Positions 19,774 to 29,619 of a stretch of 64,000 bases of DNA are shown here, in pieces. The stretch lies in NCBI GenBank assembly GCA_035536235.1, contig DATLOQ010000045.1, positions 40,882 through 104,881 of the forward strand, read 5' to 3'. The first letter of the stretch is position 1. Each line of letters opens with the position of its first letter. A model generated the notes under the pieces. That model saw only the letters and a list, made by a program, of their open reading frames with translations. It was not told the origin of the DNA and searched no databases. Position numbers and translations under genes: made by a program. The stretch is from Mycobacteriales bacterium. GTDB taxonomy: Bacteria > Actinomycetota > Actinomycetes > BP-191.

Positions 19774-19829
19774 CCGTGATCTTGCTGCCTGCATCTACCG
19801 GCCTGTGGAAACGGACAGCAAGATCACGG
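19774..19829. terminator. Hairpin between convergent genes (14-bp perfect stem, 28-nt loop)
   Basis: ccgtgatcttgctg ... cagcaagatcacgg, located between the YqeY-like gene (+) and ponA (-). Confidence 0.4.
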
Positions 19830-19836
19830 GTTGGAC

Positions 19837-22317
19837 CTAACCGGTCTGGGACGCCGACGGAGAAGGTGTGGGGCTGGAGCAACGCCGCTTGTCACAGGTC
19901 GGCGACGGTGAAGGGCTCGGCGGCGGTGAGCTGGGGGGCGCGGGGGAGGCGGCGCTCGTCGGACTCGGCGTGGGGGTAGGAGCGGCGACCGCGGACGCAG
20001 TCGGGGAGGGCGACGGGCTGGGCGTCGGCGACGGAAGGATCACCAGCGGCGGTGCTTGGCCGTTGGAGAGGAAGAGCTGGACCGACGAGCCGATGGCGAC
20101 CTCGGCGCCCGGTCCGGGGCTGGTGGCGCCGATCAGGCCGCTCGCGATGGGGAAGGCGGCCACTCGCGTACGGCTGATGACGCCCTTGAGGCCGAGCCCG
20201 GCCAGGATCTTCGTCGCCTCGGTCGGGTCGAGCTCGCGCAAGTCGGGCACGCCGGCGCGCTTGCCGCGGAAGGCTTCGGGAAGCGGTTCGACGAACGACC
20301 GCACTGGCAGACCGGCATGCGCCGGGCCCATGACCGCCTTCCAGATCTGGGCCGGGAAGGAGCCGCCGGTGACGGCGCGCACCCCCTTGAAGCGGACGAG
20401 GGGGAACCGCACCGGCTTGTCCGGGTGGGCCATGGCCACGGCCGTCGCGAGGTCGGGCGTGTAGCCGATGAACCACGCGCTGCCGCTGTCCTGCGATGTC
20501 CCGGTCTTGCCCGCCGCCGGCCGACCGATGTCGGCGCTCTTGCCGCTGCCCGAGGTGATCACGCCGCGGAGCATCGCGGTGACGGCATCGGCGTCCTCCG
20601 GCGTGAGCACCTGCCGGCAGGGGTTGACGGCTGAGACGAGCAGCTCGCTGCCGCCTGGCTCCGTGACGCTGGTGACGCCCGTGGCCGGGCAGTGCTTGCC
20701 GCGGGCGGCAAGCGTCGCGTAGGCCTCGGCCATCTCCAGGGGACTGACCTCGTTGGAGCCGAGCACCATGGAGGGGTGCTTGCGCTTCGCGAAGTCGAAG
20801 CTGGTGATGCCCATCGCCTGCGCGAGGGCGTGCGGGCGGTCCAGCCCGGTGCGCTCCTCCAGCTGGATGAAGTACGTGTTGACCGAGCTGGCGGTGGCCT
20901 TGGCCAGGTTGATCACGCCGAACCCGCTGCCCCGCCCACCGAAGTTGGTGACTCGGTAGCGGTCTCCCGGGCACCGGTTGGGACCGTTGTCCTTGAAGGA
21001 CGAGCAGATCTGCCCGGGGGAGTTGAGGGCGAGCGACAACGGTATGCCCTGCTTGACCGCAGCCGCGAGGATGAAGGTCTTGAACGTCGACCCGGCCTGG
21101 ATGCCCTGCGCGCCCCCGAGAGCGTGGTTGACCTCGGTCTGTCCGGGCAGCTTGCCGTAGACCTGGTTGCTGGCCATCGCGAGCACGTGCCCGGTGCCCG
21201 GCTGCACGACCACGGCGACTGCGGCGGCCCGCTTGCGGTCCTGCGGCGTGAGCGTGCTGTCGAGTGCCGCCTGAGCGGTCTTCTGCAGCGTGGGCACGAG
21301 CGTCGTCCGAATGGTGAGCCCACCCTGGAAGACGCGGGCGATGCGTTGAGCGGTCGTGGCACCGAGCCGCTCGTCGTCGATCAGGGCGTCGCGCACGTAG
21401 GAGCAGAAGAAGGGCGCGATGGTCGTCCCGCACTCGCTGCGGAGCTTGGTCGGCCGGAGCATCGCCTTCAGGGGCACCGCTTTCGCGCCGAGCTCGTCTG
21501 CTTTGGTGATGAACGTCTCGCGCTGCATCACACTCAGCACGAGGTCACGTCGCGCGGTGGCTTCCGCTGGGTTCTTCGTCGGGTCATACAGCGTGGGGTT
21601 CTTCACCATCCCCGCGAGTAGCGCCGCTTCGCCGAGGTTGAGACTCCCCACCTTCTTCGAGAAGTAGTGCTGGGCGGCAGTGCCGACGCCGTACACCCCT
21701 TGGCCGAAGTAGGCGATGTTGAGGTACTTCTCGAGGATCTGGCGCTTGGAGTAACGCTGCTCCAAGGCGAGCGCGAACTTCGCCTCGCGCAGCTTGCGGG
21801 TGGTCGACCGCTCGGTGGCTCGCACGACGTCAGCGCGCTCGGTGGCCGACTCGATGAGCACGTTCTTGACGTACTGCTGGGTGATCGTGGACCCGCCCTG
21901 GGTCACCTGACCGGCCTGCTGGTTCTTCACGAAGGCGCGGGTGAGGCCTCGGAAGTCGACTCCGGCGTGCTGATAGAAGCGGTTGTCCTCGATGGCCAGG
22001 ATCGCTCGCTGCAGGTGAGCGGGCATCTGGCTGATGGGAGCGAGGATGCGGTTCTCGTTGAAGAAGATGTCGGCCAGCACGGTCTTGCCGTCGGCCGCCA
22101 GGATGCGCGACCGGATCGGGAGAGGTCCGTCTCGCAGCTCGTCGGGCAATGACAGGAAGGACTCTGCGCCCGCTCGAGCAGCGAGCCCCAGGCCTCCGAC
22201 GACGGGGAAGAAAGCGCCGGCAGCCAGGACGCCAGCCAAGATGCTGACGAGGACGACAAGCACCACTCGATGCACGAATGCACCGGTGCCTTCGTCCGCG
22301 CCGCCGTAGCTGCTCAC
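19837..22317 (-). CDS. ponA: Class A penicillin-binding protein (transglycosylase plus transpeptidase; PonA2-like)
   Basis: TM anchor, GT51 motifs (AILAIEDNRFYQHAGVD, GGSTITQQYVKN), transpeptidase STFK and KTGT motifs, PASTA-like region and Pro/Ser-rich tail. Confidence 0.85.
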   Translation of the reverse strand: MSSYGGADEGTGAFVHRVVLVVLVSILAGVLAAGAFFPVVGGLGLAARAGAESFLSLPDELRDGPLPIRSRILAADGKTVLADIFFNENRILAPISQMPAHLQRAILAIEDNRFYQHAGVDFRGLTRAFVKNQQAGQVTQGGSTITQQYVKNVLIESATERADVVRATERSTTRKLREAKFALALEQRYSKRQILEKYLNIAYFGQGVYGVGTAAQHYFSKKVGSLNLGEAALLAGMVKNPTLYDPTKNPAEATARRDLVLSVMQRETFITKADELGAKAVPLKAMLRPTKLRSECGTTIAPFFCSYVRDALIDDERLGATTAQRIARVFQGGLTIRTTLVPTLQKTAQAALDSTLTPQDRKRAAAVAVVVQPGTGHVLAMASNQVYGKLPGQTEVNHALGGAQGIQAGSTFKTFILAAAVKQGIPLSLALNSPGQICSSFKDNGPNRCPGDRYRVTNFGGRGSGFGVINLAKATASSVNTYFIQLEERTGLDRPHALAQAMGITSFDFAKRKHPSMVLGSNEVSPLEMAEAYATLAARGKHCPATGVTSVTEPGGSELLVSAVNPCRQVLTPEDADAVTAMLRGVITSGSGKSADIGRPAAGKTGTSQDSGSAWFIGYTPDLATAVAMAHPDKPVRFPLVRFKGVRAVTGGSFPAQIWKAVMGPAHAGLPVRSFVEPLPEAFRGKRAGVPDLRELDPTEATKILAGLGLKGVISRTRVAAFPIASGLIGATSPGPGAEVAIGSSVQLFLSNGQAPPLVILPSPTPSPSPSPTASAVAAPTPTPSPTSAASPAPPSSPPPSPSPSPTCDKRRCSSPTPSPSASQTG

Positions 22318-22534
22318 CTGTCCCGTCCGGAGGGGCCCGCCGGGCGATCACCGCCCCAGTGCTCAGGGTAACTGGCACCGTCGTCATCGGCAGCACCATG
22401 GCCCCAGAGAATGGCGGGCTAGTAAGGAGTGACTACAGAGAGCAGTCCCAGCGGACGATGTCTCTCTTCGTAAACGGTGCCTACGGTCGAGACGTCCCGC
22501 ACCCGCCCGCCCGGACCTCGTAAGGAACGCGACG

Positions 22535-22819
22535 ATGGAGACTGCTACCGACTGGATCGCCCTCGCATCATGCCGAGACAGAGACCCAGACGACCTCTTC
22601 GTGCAGGGTGCCGCTCAGAATCGAGCCAAGCAGCTGTGCATGGGCTGCCCGGTCCGCGCGGAGTGCTTGTCGGACGCCCTGGACAACCGGGTCGAATTCG
22701 GCGTGTGGGGCGGTATGACCGAGAGGGAGCGGCGGGCGCTGCTCCGCAAGCGGCCGCATGTCCGGTCCTGGCGCGCACTGCTCGACTCCGCTCGCCGCGA
22801 CGTCCAGCGGACGGCCTGA
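22535..22819 (+). CDS. whiB: WhiB family transcriptional regulator (WhiB4-like, divergent from ponA)
   Basis: Four Cys (C..CMGCPVRAEC) plus GVWGG turn. Confidence 0.8.
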   Translation: METATDWIALASCRDRDPDDLFVQGAAQNRAKQLCMGCPVRAECLSDALDNRVEFGVWGGMTERERRALLRKRPHVRSWRALLDSARRDVQRTA

Positions 22820-22841
22820 GCGCGCTGCGCCACGGGCTTGC

Positions 22842-23978
22842 TCACGCGGCTGGCCGCGTCGCCAGCTCCTCTCCCACCCGGCGCAGGCCGGCCAGATCAT
22901 GCACGTCGGAGGCCATCGCCTCGATCTCGGCGACCGGCACCGCCGGTTGCCCGCTGGTGAACGCGGTGATCACCGCGCGCTCTCGGCTCGACAACGCCAC
23001 CCGGTCGGCGTGCAGACGCAGCACGCCGGCAGCCGTCGTATGCCCGCCGCGCTCGTCCAGCACCTCGGCCGCCGCGATGCTCCGCTCCGCGGTGAGGTGC
23101 GGGGCCGCGCTGCGGTGCACCCGGTTGATCACGACGCCGGCCAGCGGCATGTCCTCAGCGGAGAGTCGCTCGATGAAGTACGACGCCTCCCGCAGTGCGG
23201 CCGGGTCAGGCGCTGCGACCACGACGAAGGCTGTGTCGGCGTCCTTGAGGAGGTCGTAGGTCGTCTGCGCCCGCTCCCGAAACCCGCCGAACAGCGACTC
23301 GAAGGCGGTGAAGAACTCCCTGAGGTCGCTCAGCAATCCGGCGCCGGCGACCCGGCTCAGCACTCCGGCAAAGGCGGCGAAGCCGACGTTCATCACCTTC
23401 AGATAGGCCCGCCCCCCGGCTTTGGCCGGGGCGAGCAACAGCTTGACGAAGCGCCCGTCCAGGAAGCCGGTGAGCCGCTGCGGGGCGTCGAGGAAGTCGA
23501 GCGCCGACCTGGTCGGGGGAGTGTCGACGACGATGAGGTCCCAGTCGCCCGAGGCGTGCAGCTGCCCGAGCTTCTCCATCGCCATGTACTCCTGCGTGCC
23601 GGCGAGGCTGCTGGACAGCGACACGTAGAACTCGTTCGTCAGGATCTGCTCGGCCCGGGCCGGGTCGGCGTGCGCCACGACGATCTCGTCGAACGTGCGC
23701 TTCATGTCGAGCATCATCGCGTGCAGCTCACCACCCTCGGCCCCGGCCTCGCCGACGCGCCGCGGGGTGTTGTCCAGCTCGGTGAGCCCCATCGACTGTG
23801 CCAGTCGGCGGGCTGGGTCGATCGTCACCACCACAACCCGCCGGCCCCGCTCAGCTGCGCGCAGTGCCAGCGCTGCGGCGGTGGTCGTCTTGCCTACTCC
23901 GCCGGATCCGCAGCACACGACGATGCGCCTGGTGTCGAGAACGGCATCGAGGTCGAGCCGCCGAGGGGGCGAGGTCAC
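22842..23978 (-). CDS. ArsA/Get3-like anion-transporting ATPase family protein
   Basis: Deviant Walker A CCGSGGVGKTTTAAA. Confidence 0.8.
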   Translation of the reverse strand: MTSPPRRLDLDAVLDTRRIVVCCGSGGVGKTTTAAALALRAAERGRRVVVVTIDPARRLAQSMGLTELDNTPRRVGEAGAEGGELHAMMLDMKRTFDEIVVAHADPARAEQILTNEFYVSLSSSLAGTQEYMAMEKLGQLHASGDWDLIVVDTPPTRSALDFLDAPQRLTGFLDGRFVKLLLAPAKAGGRAYLKVMNVGFAAFAGVLSRVAGAGLLSDLREFFTAFESLFGGFRERAQTTYDLLKDADTAFVVVAAPDPAALREASYFIERLSAEDMPLAGVVINRVHRSAAPHLTAERSIAAAEVLDERGGHTTAAGVLRLHADRVALSSRERAVITAFTSGQPAVPVAEIEAMASDVHDLAGLRRVGEELATRPAA

Positions 23979-24943
23979 TCCGGCACCAGCACGTCCGCGA
24001 GCTGGTGCAGCGTGCCGAGGTCGACGCTGCCGGTGAGCTGCGGCAGCTCGAGCAGCGGTACGTCGAGCGCTTCGAGCTCCAGGCGCTCGGTGAGCTGGAG
24101 GGCGACGCGCTCGGCGTGCTCGCGGGCCTCGTCGGCCAGCACCTTGATCGCGCCTGGATCCGTGTCGAGCCCGACAGCGGAGAGCGCGGACGTGATCGAG
24201 TCGAGGTCGAGCCGACCGCGTCGCGCCCGGCTGAGGTCGGCTTTGCCGAGCTGTGGTTCCCGGATCTTGTTGATGACGACAGCGCCGAACGGGAGGCCAG
24301 CGGCCCGAAGGTCTGCCACCCCGTCCACGGTCTCTTGCACAGGCATCTCTTCTAACAGGGTGACGAGGTGTATCGCGGTCTGCGGCGATCGGAGCAGCGC
24401 CATCACGGCCTCGGACTGCTTGGCGATCGGCCCGACCTTGGCCAGGTGCCCGACCTCGTCGGTGGCACCGAGGAAGCGGACGATCCGACCCGTGGGCGGC
24501 GCATCGAGGACGACGGCGTCGTACACCGGCCGGTTCCCCGCCCGGCGGATCACGGACTCCTTGACCTTCCCGGTCAGCAGCACGTCGCGGAGGCCGGGGG
24601 CCACCGTCGTCACGAAGTCGATCGCCCCCATCCGGCGGAGCAGCCGGCCAGCGCGGCCGAGCTTGTAGAACATCTCGAGATACTCGATGAGAGCGAGCTC
24701 GGGGTCGACGGACAGCCCGTATACCTCGCCGCCGCCGTGCGTCCGGGCGAGGCGGGTCTCCTCATACGGCAGCGGAGGATGTCCGAAGAGCGGCGCGAGC
24801 CCTTGCCGTGCCTCGACCTCGACGAGGAGCACTTTGCGGCCCGACCGCGACAGCGCTACTGCCAATGCCGCAGCCACCGTCGTCTTGCCGGTGCCGCCCT
24901 TACCGGACACCACGTGCAGCCGGACGCCCGGGAAGAAGCTCAC
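23975..24943 (-). CDS. ArsA/Get3-like anion-transporting ATPase family protein (second paralog)
   Basis: Deviant Walker A SGKGGTGKTTVAAA. Confidence 0.8.
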   Translation of the reverse strand: MSFFPGVRLHVVSGKGGTGKTTVAAALAVALSRSGRKVLLVEVEARQGLAPLFGHPPLPYEETRLARTHGGGEVYGLSVDPELALIEYLEMFYKLGRAGRLLRRMGAIDFVTTVAPGLRDVLLTGKVKESVIRRAGNRPVYDAVVLDAPPTGRIVRFLGATDEVGHLAKVGPIAKQSEAVMALLRSPQTAIHLVTLLEEMPVQETVDGVADLRAAGLPFGAVVINKIREPQLGKADLSRARRGRLDLDSITSALSAVGLDTDPGAIKVLADEAREHAERVALQLTERLELEALDVPLLELPQLTGSVDLGTLHQLADVLVPE

Positions 24944-25100
24944 CCAGGGAGGCTAACCCGCACCGCGCCCGTAGCGCGCGCTAGGGGCGCCGTGGGTCAG
25001 CTGAAAGGGTGAGCGCAGAGTGGGGCCGCGCGCAATCCCGGCATAGCGGCAGCAGCCGTCGTTCACGTCTGAGGTCTCCCCGTAGACTGCGGCCTCCGCC

Positions 25101-26477
25101 ATGAAGACGACTCGCCGCCCGCGCGGCCACCCTGCCCTGCTCGTTGTTGTCTCTGTCGTCGCGGCTGTCATGGGCCTGCTCGGCGGCCTCGGCAGCCCCG
25201 CCCAGGCACAGCAGGACCGGACTCGGATCATCGACGTCGTCGAGGTGGCCGGCCGAATCGACTCGTCCTACGCCGGCTACGTCATCAGCCAGATCGAGCA
25301 GGCGGAGCGCGAGAATCACGCCGCCGTGATCCTGCGCCTCGTCGGCTCCGGGTCGGTCAAGGTCGACGACGTGCGCCTCGTCCGCGCGATCCAGCAGGCC
25401 GACGTGCCCGTCGCGACGTGGGTCGGCCCAGTGATCCTGGGTACGACGGAAGCGGTGGGCGGAGCGCACGCCGCCATGTGGCTGGCCGGTGACGTCCGCT
25501 TCGTCGCCAACGGCGCTCGGGTCCGCTCGATCACCCCACTGCAGCCCGGCGGCATCCCCGGAGCCGAGGAGCAACGCGTAGCCCGCTCGCTAGCCGCCCA
25601 GGTCGCGGGCGCGGACGAGCTGCTCCGCCCTGGAGCAGAGCTGACCGACCGCGAGATACTCGACCGACGTATCGCCCTCTTCGTCAAGCGCACCGGGTCC
25701 GACCCGGACGGACTCATCGTCGACGGCACGGTCAACTCGATCGACGACGTCATCCGCGCGTTGGACGGTGAGGTGGTCGACCTGGCGGGCGGCCAGCGCA
25801 CCCTGTCCTTCGCCGATTCGCAGGCTTTCGACACGCGCATCGCCAACCCCGGCCTGCTCACCAAGGTCCGCCGCTCGCTCGGCACGACTCCCTGGCTGGT
25901 CTACCTGCTCCTGCTCATCGGCGCCGGGGCCTTGGTGTTCGAGCTGTTCCAGCCGGGATTCGGACCGGCCGGCTACACAGGGCTGATCCTGCTGGCGCTC
26001 TCGGCGTACGGACTCACTGCTCTGCCGCTCGCTCCGGTGGGGGTGGCGCTGCTCCTCGGCGGGGTGGCGGCGCTCGCCCTCGACGTGTCGCGCGGCGGTC
26101 TCGGCCTGCTCACGTGGGGCGGCACCGCCGCGCTGACGGCCGGCTCGGTCCTCTGGATCGACGGCTACCGCCCGGGTCTGCGGGTCGGGTGGCCGGTGAT
26201 CGCGCTCGCCGTGGTGGGCTCGTGGGTGTTCTACGTCGTGGTCATGACGGTGGTCCTGCGTGCCCTGCGCGGGCAGAGCGCGGCGATGGGCGACGCGCTC
26301 GTGGGCCGGGTCGGCGAGGTGCGGAGCACCTTGAACCCCCAAGGACACGTGCTCGTCGAAGGCGCCCTCTGGCGCGCCCGGGCCCTGGAGTGGGACGGTC
26401 CGGTGGAGGCGGGGACACGGGTCACCGTCACCGGAGTCGACGGCGAGGCGCTCATCCTCGACGTGCAGCCGGTCTGA
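25101..26477 (+). CDS. NfeD family membrane protein (ClpP-class serine peptidase domain plus OB fold)
   Basis: Signal sequence, protease-like N-domain, multi-TM middle, C-terminal OB beta-barrel; immediately precedes a stomatin gene. Confidence 0.75.
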   Translation: MKTTRRPRGHPALLVVVSVVAAVMGLLGGLGSPAQAQQDRTRIIDVVEVAGRIDSSYAGYVISQIEQAERENHAAVILRLVGSGSVKVDDVRLVRAIQQADVPVATWVGPVILGTTEAVGGAHAAMWLAGDVRFVANGARVRSITPLQPGGIPGAEEQRVARSLAAQVAGADELLRPGAELTDREILDRRIALFVKRTGSDPDGLIVDGTVNSIDDVIRALDGEVVDLAGGQRTLSFADSQAFDTRIANPGLLTKVRRSLGTTPWLVYLLLLIGAGALVFELFQPGFGPAGYTGLILLALSAYGLTALPLAPVGVALLLGGVAALALDVSRGGLGLLTWGGTAALTAGSVLWIDGYRPGLRVGWPVIALAVVGSWVFYVVVMTVVLRALRGQSAAMGDALVGRVGEVRSTLNPQGHVLVEGALWRARALEWDGPVEAGTRVTVTGVDGEALILDVQPV

Positions 26478-26490
26478 GGAGGGGGGCCGA

Positions 26491-27267
26491 GTGAGCGCGC
26501 TCATCGGACTGCTCGTCGTGGTGGGAATCGCGCTCTTCATCGCGATCCTGTTCGGGCTGCGGATCGTGCAGGAGTACGAGAGGGGACTCGTGTTCCGCCT
26601 CGGCCGGGTGCAGCCGACCATCAAACGGCCCGGCCTCAACGTGATCATCCCGATCATCGACCGCATGGTGAAGGTCAACATGCAGGTGGTCACCCTCGGT
26701 GTCCCCGCGCAGGAGGGCATCACCCGCGACAACGTCACCCTCCGGGTGGACGCCGTCGTCTACTTCAAGGTGATCGACCCGCTCAAGGCGATCGTCAACG
26801 TGCAGAACTACCTCTTCGCCACGTCGCAGGTCGCCCAGACGTCGCTGCGGTCCGTGATCGGCCAGAGCGACCTCGACGACGTGCTGTCCAACCGCGAGGC
26901 GATCAACGCCCAGCTCAAGGAGATCATCGACCGGCTGACCGAGGAGCCCTGGGGCATCGCGATCGACCTCGTCGAGATCAAGGACGTCCAGCTGCCCGAG
27001 ACGATGAAGCGCTCCATGTCCCGACAGGCGGAGGCCGAGCGGGAGCGGCGCGCACGGATCATCTCCGCCGAGGGTGAGCTGCAGGCCTCGGTGAAGCTGT
27101 CCGAAGCTGCCGCGGCGATGGCGCAGAATCCGGCGTCGTTGCAGCTGCGGCTGCTGCAGACCGTCGTCGAGGTGGCGGCGGAGAAGAACTCCACCCTGGT
27201 CATGCCCTTTCCCGTTGAGATCCTGCGCTTCTTCGACAACCTCGCCACCGAGCGGAGCACGAGCTGA
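26491..27267 (+). CDS. SPFH/Band 7 (stomatin-like) protein
   Basis: TM anchor plus SPFH core (QVVTLGVPAQEGITRDNVTLRVDAVVYFKV). Confidence 0.85.
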   Translation: MSALIGLLVVVGIALFIAILFGLRIVQEYERGLVFRLGRVQPTIKRPGLNVIIPIIDRMVKVNMQVVTLGVPAQEGITRDNVTLRVDAVVYFKVIDPLKAIVNVQNYLFATSQVAQTSLRSVIGQSDLDDVLSNREAINAQLKEIIDRLTEEPWGIAIDLVEIKDVQLPETMKRSMSRQAEAERERRARIISAEGELQASVKLSEAAAAMAQNPASLQLRLLQTVVEVAAEKNSTLVMPFPVEILRFFDNLATERSTS

Positions 27268-27695
27268 GCCGAGCTGCAGGGCTCGCCGGAGGTCTTCTGG
27301 TCGTCCTGGCGGGCTGCGCGGGCGGGTCCCCGGCGGAGGTCGAGCAGTTCGGGGGTGAGGAGTTCCAGCGGCCTTGCGCCGGAGTGGCCTCCCCGCTGGA
27401 CCCCGCGGTGACGGCTCCCGCGGGCTTCCCGGCGTACGACGGCTGGCAGGGCACACTGCGTGCCAACCAGGGCAAGACGGTGATCCTCTTCGGGCGGGCT
27501 CCGGGCGATGACGTCGCGGTGGTGCAGGCCCGCCAGCGCGCAGCGCTGGAAGCGGCCGGTCTCCAGATCGTCAGCACCGACCGCGAAGGGCAGGCCGAAG
27601 CCGAGATCTCCTTCACCGGCGACAGCGAGGGCACCGTCCAGATCACGCCGCTGTGCCGGGCCACGGTGGCCATCCGCTACAAGTTCATCCGCTGA
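27264..27695 (+). CDS. Putative lipoprotein; start codon unresolved
   Basis: Open frame encodes SRAAGLAGGLLVVLAGC|AGGSP (lipobox) upstream of the annotated GTG at 27384. No ATG/GTG/TTG exists in frame before the lipobox. Confidence 0.35.
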   Translation: MSRAAGLAGGLLVVLAGCAGGSPAEVEQFGGEEFQRPCAGVASPLDPAVTAPAGFPAYDGWQGTLRANQGKTVILFGRAPGDDVAVVQARQRAALEAAGLQIVSTDREGQAEAEISFTGDSEGTVQITPLCRATVAIRYKFIR

Positions 27696-27882
27696 CTCCG
27701 CCTGCTGGCTCCGCCTGTTCACTCCGCTGAACCGCGCGTGCTCGGCGGCCGAACCACTGTCGCGAGGTAACGATCTGGCAAATGGCCTGCCGCCGGAGGA
27801 ACTTCTCCGGCGTCCGGCGAATCTGACTGTTCGACGCACCGGCATGCCCCCCGGTGCGGCCACCGCCGGAAGGTGAGCAGGC

Positions 27883-28152
27883 ATGAGCGCAGGAACACAG
27901 GCAGACGACGTCTCGTGGCGCGTCCACGGCATGTGCCGTGGAGACAGCGCGGTCTTCTTCTTCGCGCCGCCCCACTTCGAGCGCAAGCCGGAGAAGGACC
28001 TGCGCGAAGGCCAGGCGCGTGCCCTGTGCCGGGCCTGCCCGGTCCGCGACCAATGCCTGGACTACGCGCTGACCGTCGAAGAGCCACACGGCATCTGGGG
28101 TGGTCTGAACGAGCTGGAGCGCCGTCGCCTGCTGCGGCGCCGCTCCGCCTGA
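27883..28152 (+). CDS. whiB: WhiB family transcriptional regulator (WhiB1/WblE-like)
   Basis: CRGDSAVFF...CRACPVRDQC...GIWGG. Confidence 0.8.
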   Translation: MSAGTQADDVSWRVHGMCRGDSAVFFFAPPHFERKPEKDLREGQARALCRACPVRDQCLDYALTVEEPHGIWGGLNELERRRLLRRRSA

Positions 28153-28227
28153 CGTCTACCCCGGCTACCCCCGGCGGCCCCCGCCTGCCTGCCGCCGGCC
28201 CTCGCCGCGGGCCACCCGCGTACTCTG

Positions 28228-28290
28228 TCGTGATCTTCGAACCCGCCGCCCGCGTGCGGGGTCGGCCACGGTTCAAAGATCACGCCCGGG
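28228..28290. promoter_or_regulatory. Long imperfect palindrome/hairpin between whiB and the DUF4177-RidA genes
   Basis: cgtgatcttcgaacc ...(26 nt containing cccgcgtgcgggg)... ggttcaaagatcacg; 15-nt arms with one mismatch. Confidence 0.4.
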
Positions 28291-28331
28291 CAGTGTCGCG
28301 AGGCCGACATGACGCAGAGAGTGAGTGTGCC

Positions 28332-28490
28332 GTGCCGAAGTGGGAGTACGCCTCCGTCCCCCTGCTGGTCCATGTGACCAAGCAGATCCTCGACACCTGG
28401 GGCGACGACGGCTGGGAGCTGGTCACCGTCGTCCCCGGCGCGTCCGCCGAGCAGCTGGTCGCCTACTTCAAGCGCCCCAAGGGCGACTGA
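28332..28490 (+). CDS. DUF4177 domain-containing small protein
   Basis: VPKWEYASVPLLVHVTKQILDTWGDDGWELVTVVPGASAEQLVAYFKRP; GTG start assumed. Confidence 0.5.
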   Translation: MPKWEYASVPLLVHVTKQILDTWGDDGWELVTVVPGASAEQLVAYFKRPKGD

Positions 28491-28948
28491 TGCCGACTCC
28501 TGAGGAGCGCCTCGCCGAGCTGGGCCTGCAGCTGCCCGAGGTGGTGGCCCCCGTCGGCGCCTATGTGCCAGCAACGCGCAGCGGCTCCCTGGTGTGGACG
28601 TCGGGCCAGCTGCCCATGATCGCCGGGGCCATGTCGGCCACGGGCAAGGTCGGCGCCGAGGTCGACCCCGAGACCGCTAAGGGGCTGGCTCGCATCTGCG
28701 CGCTCAACGCGCTCGCGGCGGTCGCCTCGGTGACCGGCGACCTCTCCGCCGTACGCCGGGTCGTCAAGGTCGTCGGCTTCGTCGCCTCCGCACCGGGATT
28801 CACCGGACAGCCAGGGGTGATCAACGGGGCCAGCGAGCTGCTGGGTGAGGTCTTCGGCGACGCTGGGCGGCACGCCCGCAGCGCGGTCGGGGTCGCGGTC
28901 CTGCCGCTGGACGCACCAGTCGAGGTCGAGATCGTCGTCGAGGTCTGA
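28490..28948 (+). CDS. RidA/YjgF family protein
   Basis: MPTPEERLAELGLQLPE...; start overlaps the upstream stop (TGATG). Confidence 0.75.
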   Translation: MPTPEERLAELGLQLPEVVAPVGAYVPATRSGSLVWTSGQLPMIAGAMSATGKVGAEVDPETAKGLARICALNALAAVASVTGDLSAVRRVVKVVGFVASAPGFTGQPGVINGASELLGEVFGDAGRHARSAVGVAVLPLDAPVEVEIVVEV

Positions 28949-29016
28949 CGCTCTGCTAGTTCAGGCCAGCACGCCTACAGACAGCCCGGAGTCAGCACCG
29001 CCCGGGCTAGCCCAGC

Positions 29017-29567
29017 TCACGCCAGGTCGGCGCCGTCGGCCTCGAGCGCAGCGAGCGCCGAGTCGATGCGGTCAGCCGTGACGTGGTGTCGCAGCCGGTC
29101 CTCCTCCTCGGCCAGCTCGGTGACGTAGCGGTCCATCGCCTTGACGATCTCGCGACGGTCCGACCCGGCCAGCTCCGGGTGCAGCTCGGCCAGGTGGTGC
29201 GCCGCGTCGCTCGCCGTGGACCGCGCGATGTTGACGATGTCCAGGATCTCGGCGCGGGAGAACAGCTCTCCCGCCCGGTCGATCGTCGACTCGCGAACGG
29301 CCCGCCACGAGGGTCCGTCCAGGGTGCCCTCGACGTAGTAGCGAAGGAACTGCCGCATCGCCAGGTGGGTCGCCTCGATGACGTCGTCGACGGCCTCCAC
29401 GGGGAGGCGCTGCAACCTCGGCATCCGCTCGAAGTAGGCAGCCCGCGTCTTGTCGATGATGGCATCGAGGTCGACGAGAAGCAGCGCGGCCAGCGCTTCG
29501 CGGTCCACCGATGTCACCTCACGTCGATCGCGGCTGCGTAGGTACGCACAGTACGGCGTCGCCGTCA
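29017..29567 (-). CDS. Hypothetical protein
   Basis: Real-looking helical 183-aa protein; the longer ORF is antisense to the NUDIX gene. Confidence 0.4.
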
Positions 29568-29619
29568 TGCCGGCACGCACGCGCCGGAGCCGCGCCGACA
29601 TCGCACTACGCTGCGGGAC

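Noticed and set aside
22758-24668. 636-aa + strand ORF spanning both ArsA-like genes
   Set aside because: It is entirely antisense to two well-supported minus-strand ATPase genes. Its Arg/Ser/Ala-rich low-complexity translation is the typical spurious antisense ORF of a high-GC genome.
27700-27882. CRP-type binding site upstream of the WhiB1-like gene (by analogy with mycobacterial whiB1)
   Set aside because: No TGTGA-N6-TCACA-like sequence found; only a short CCGGAG-N6-CTCCGG repeat of uncertain meaning.
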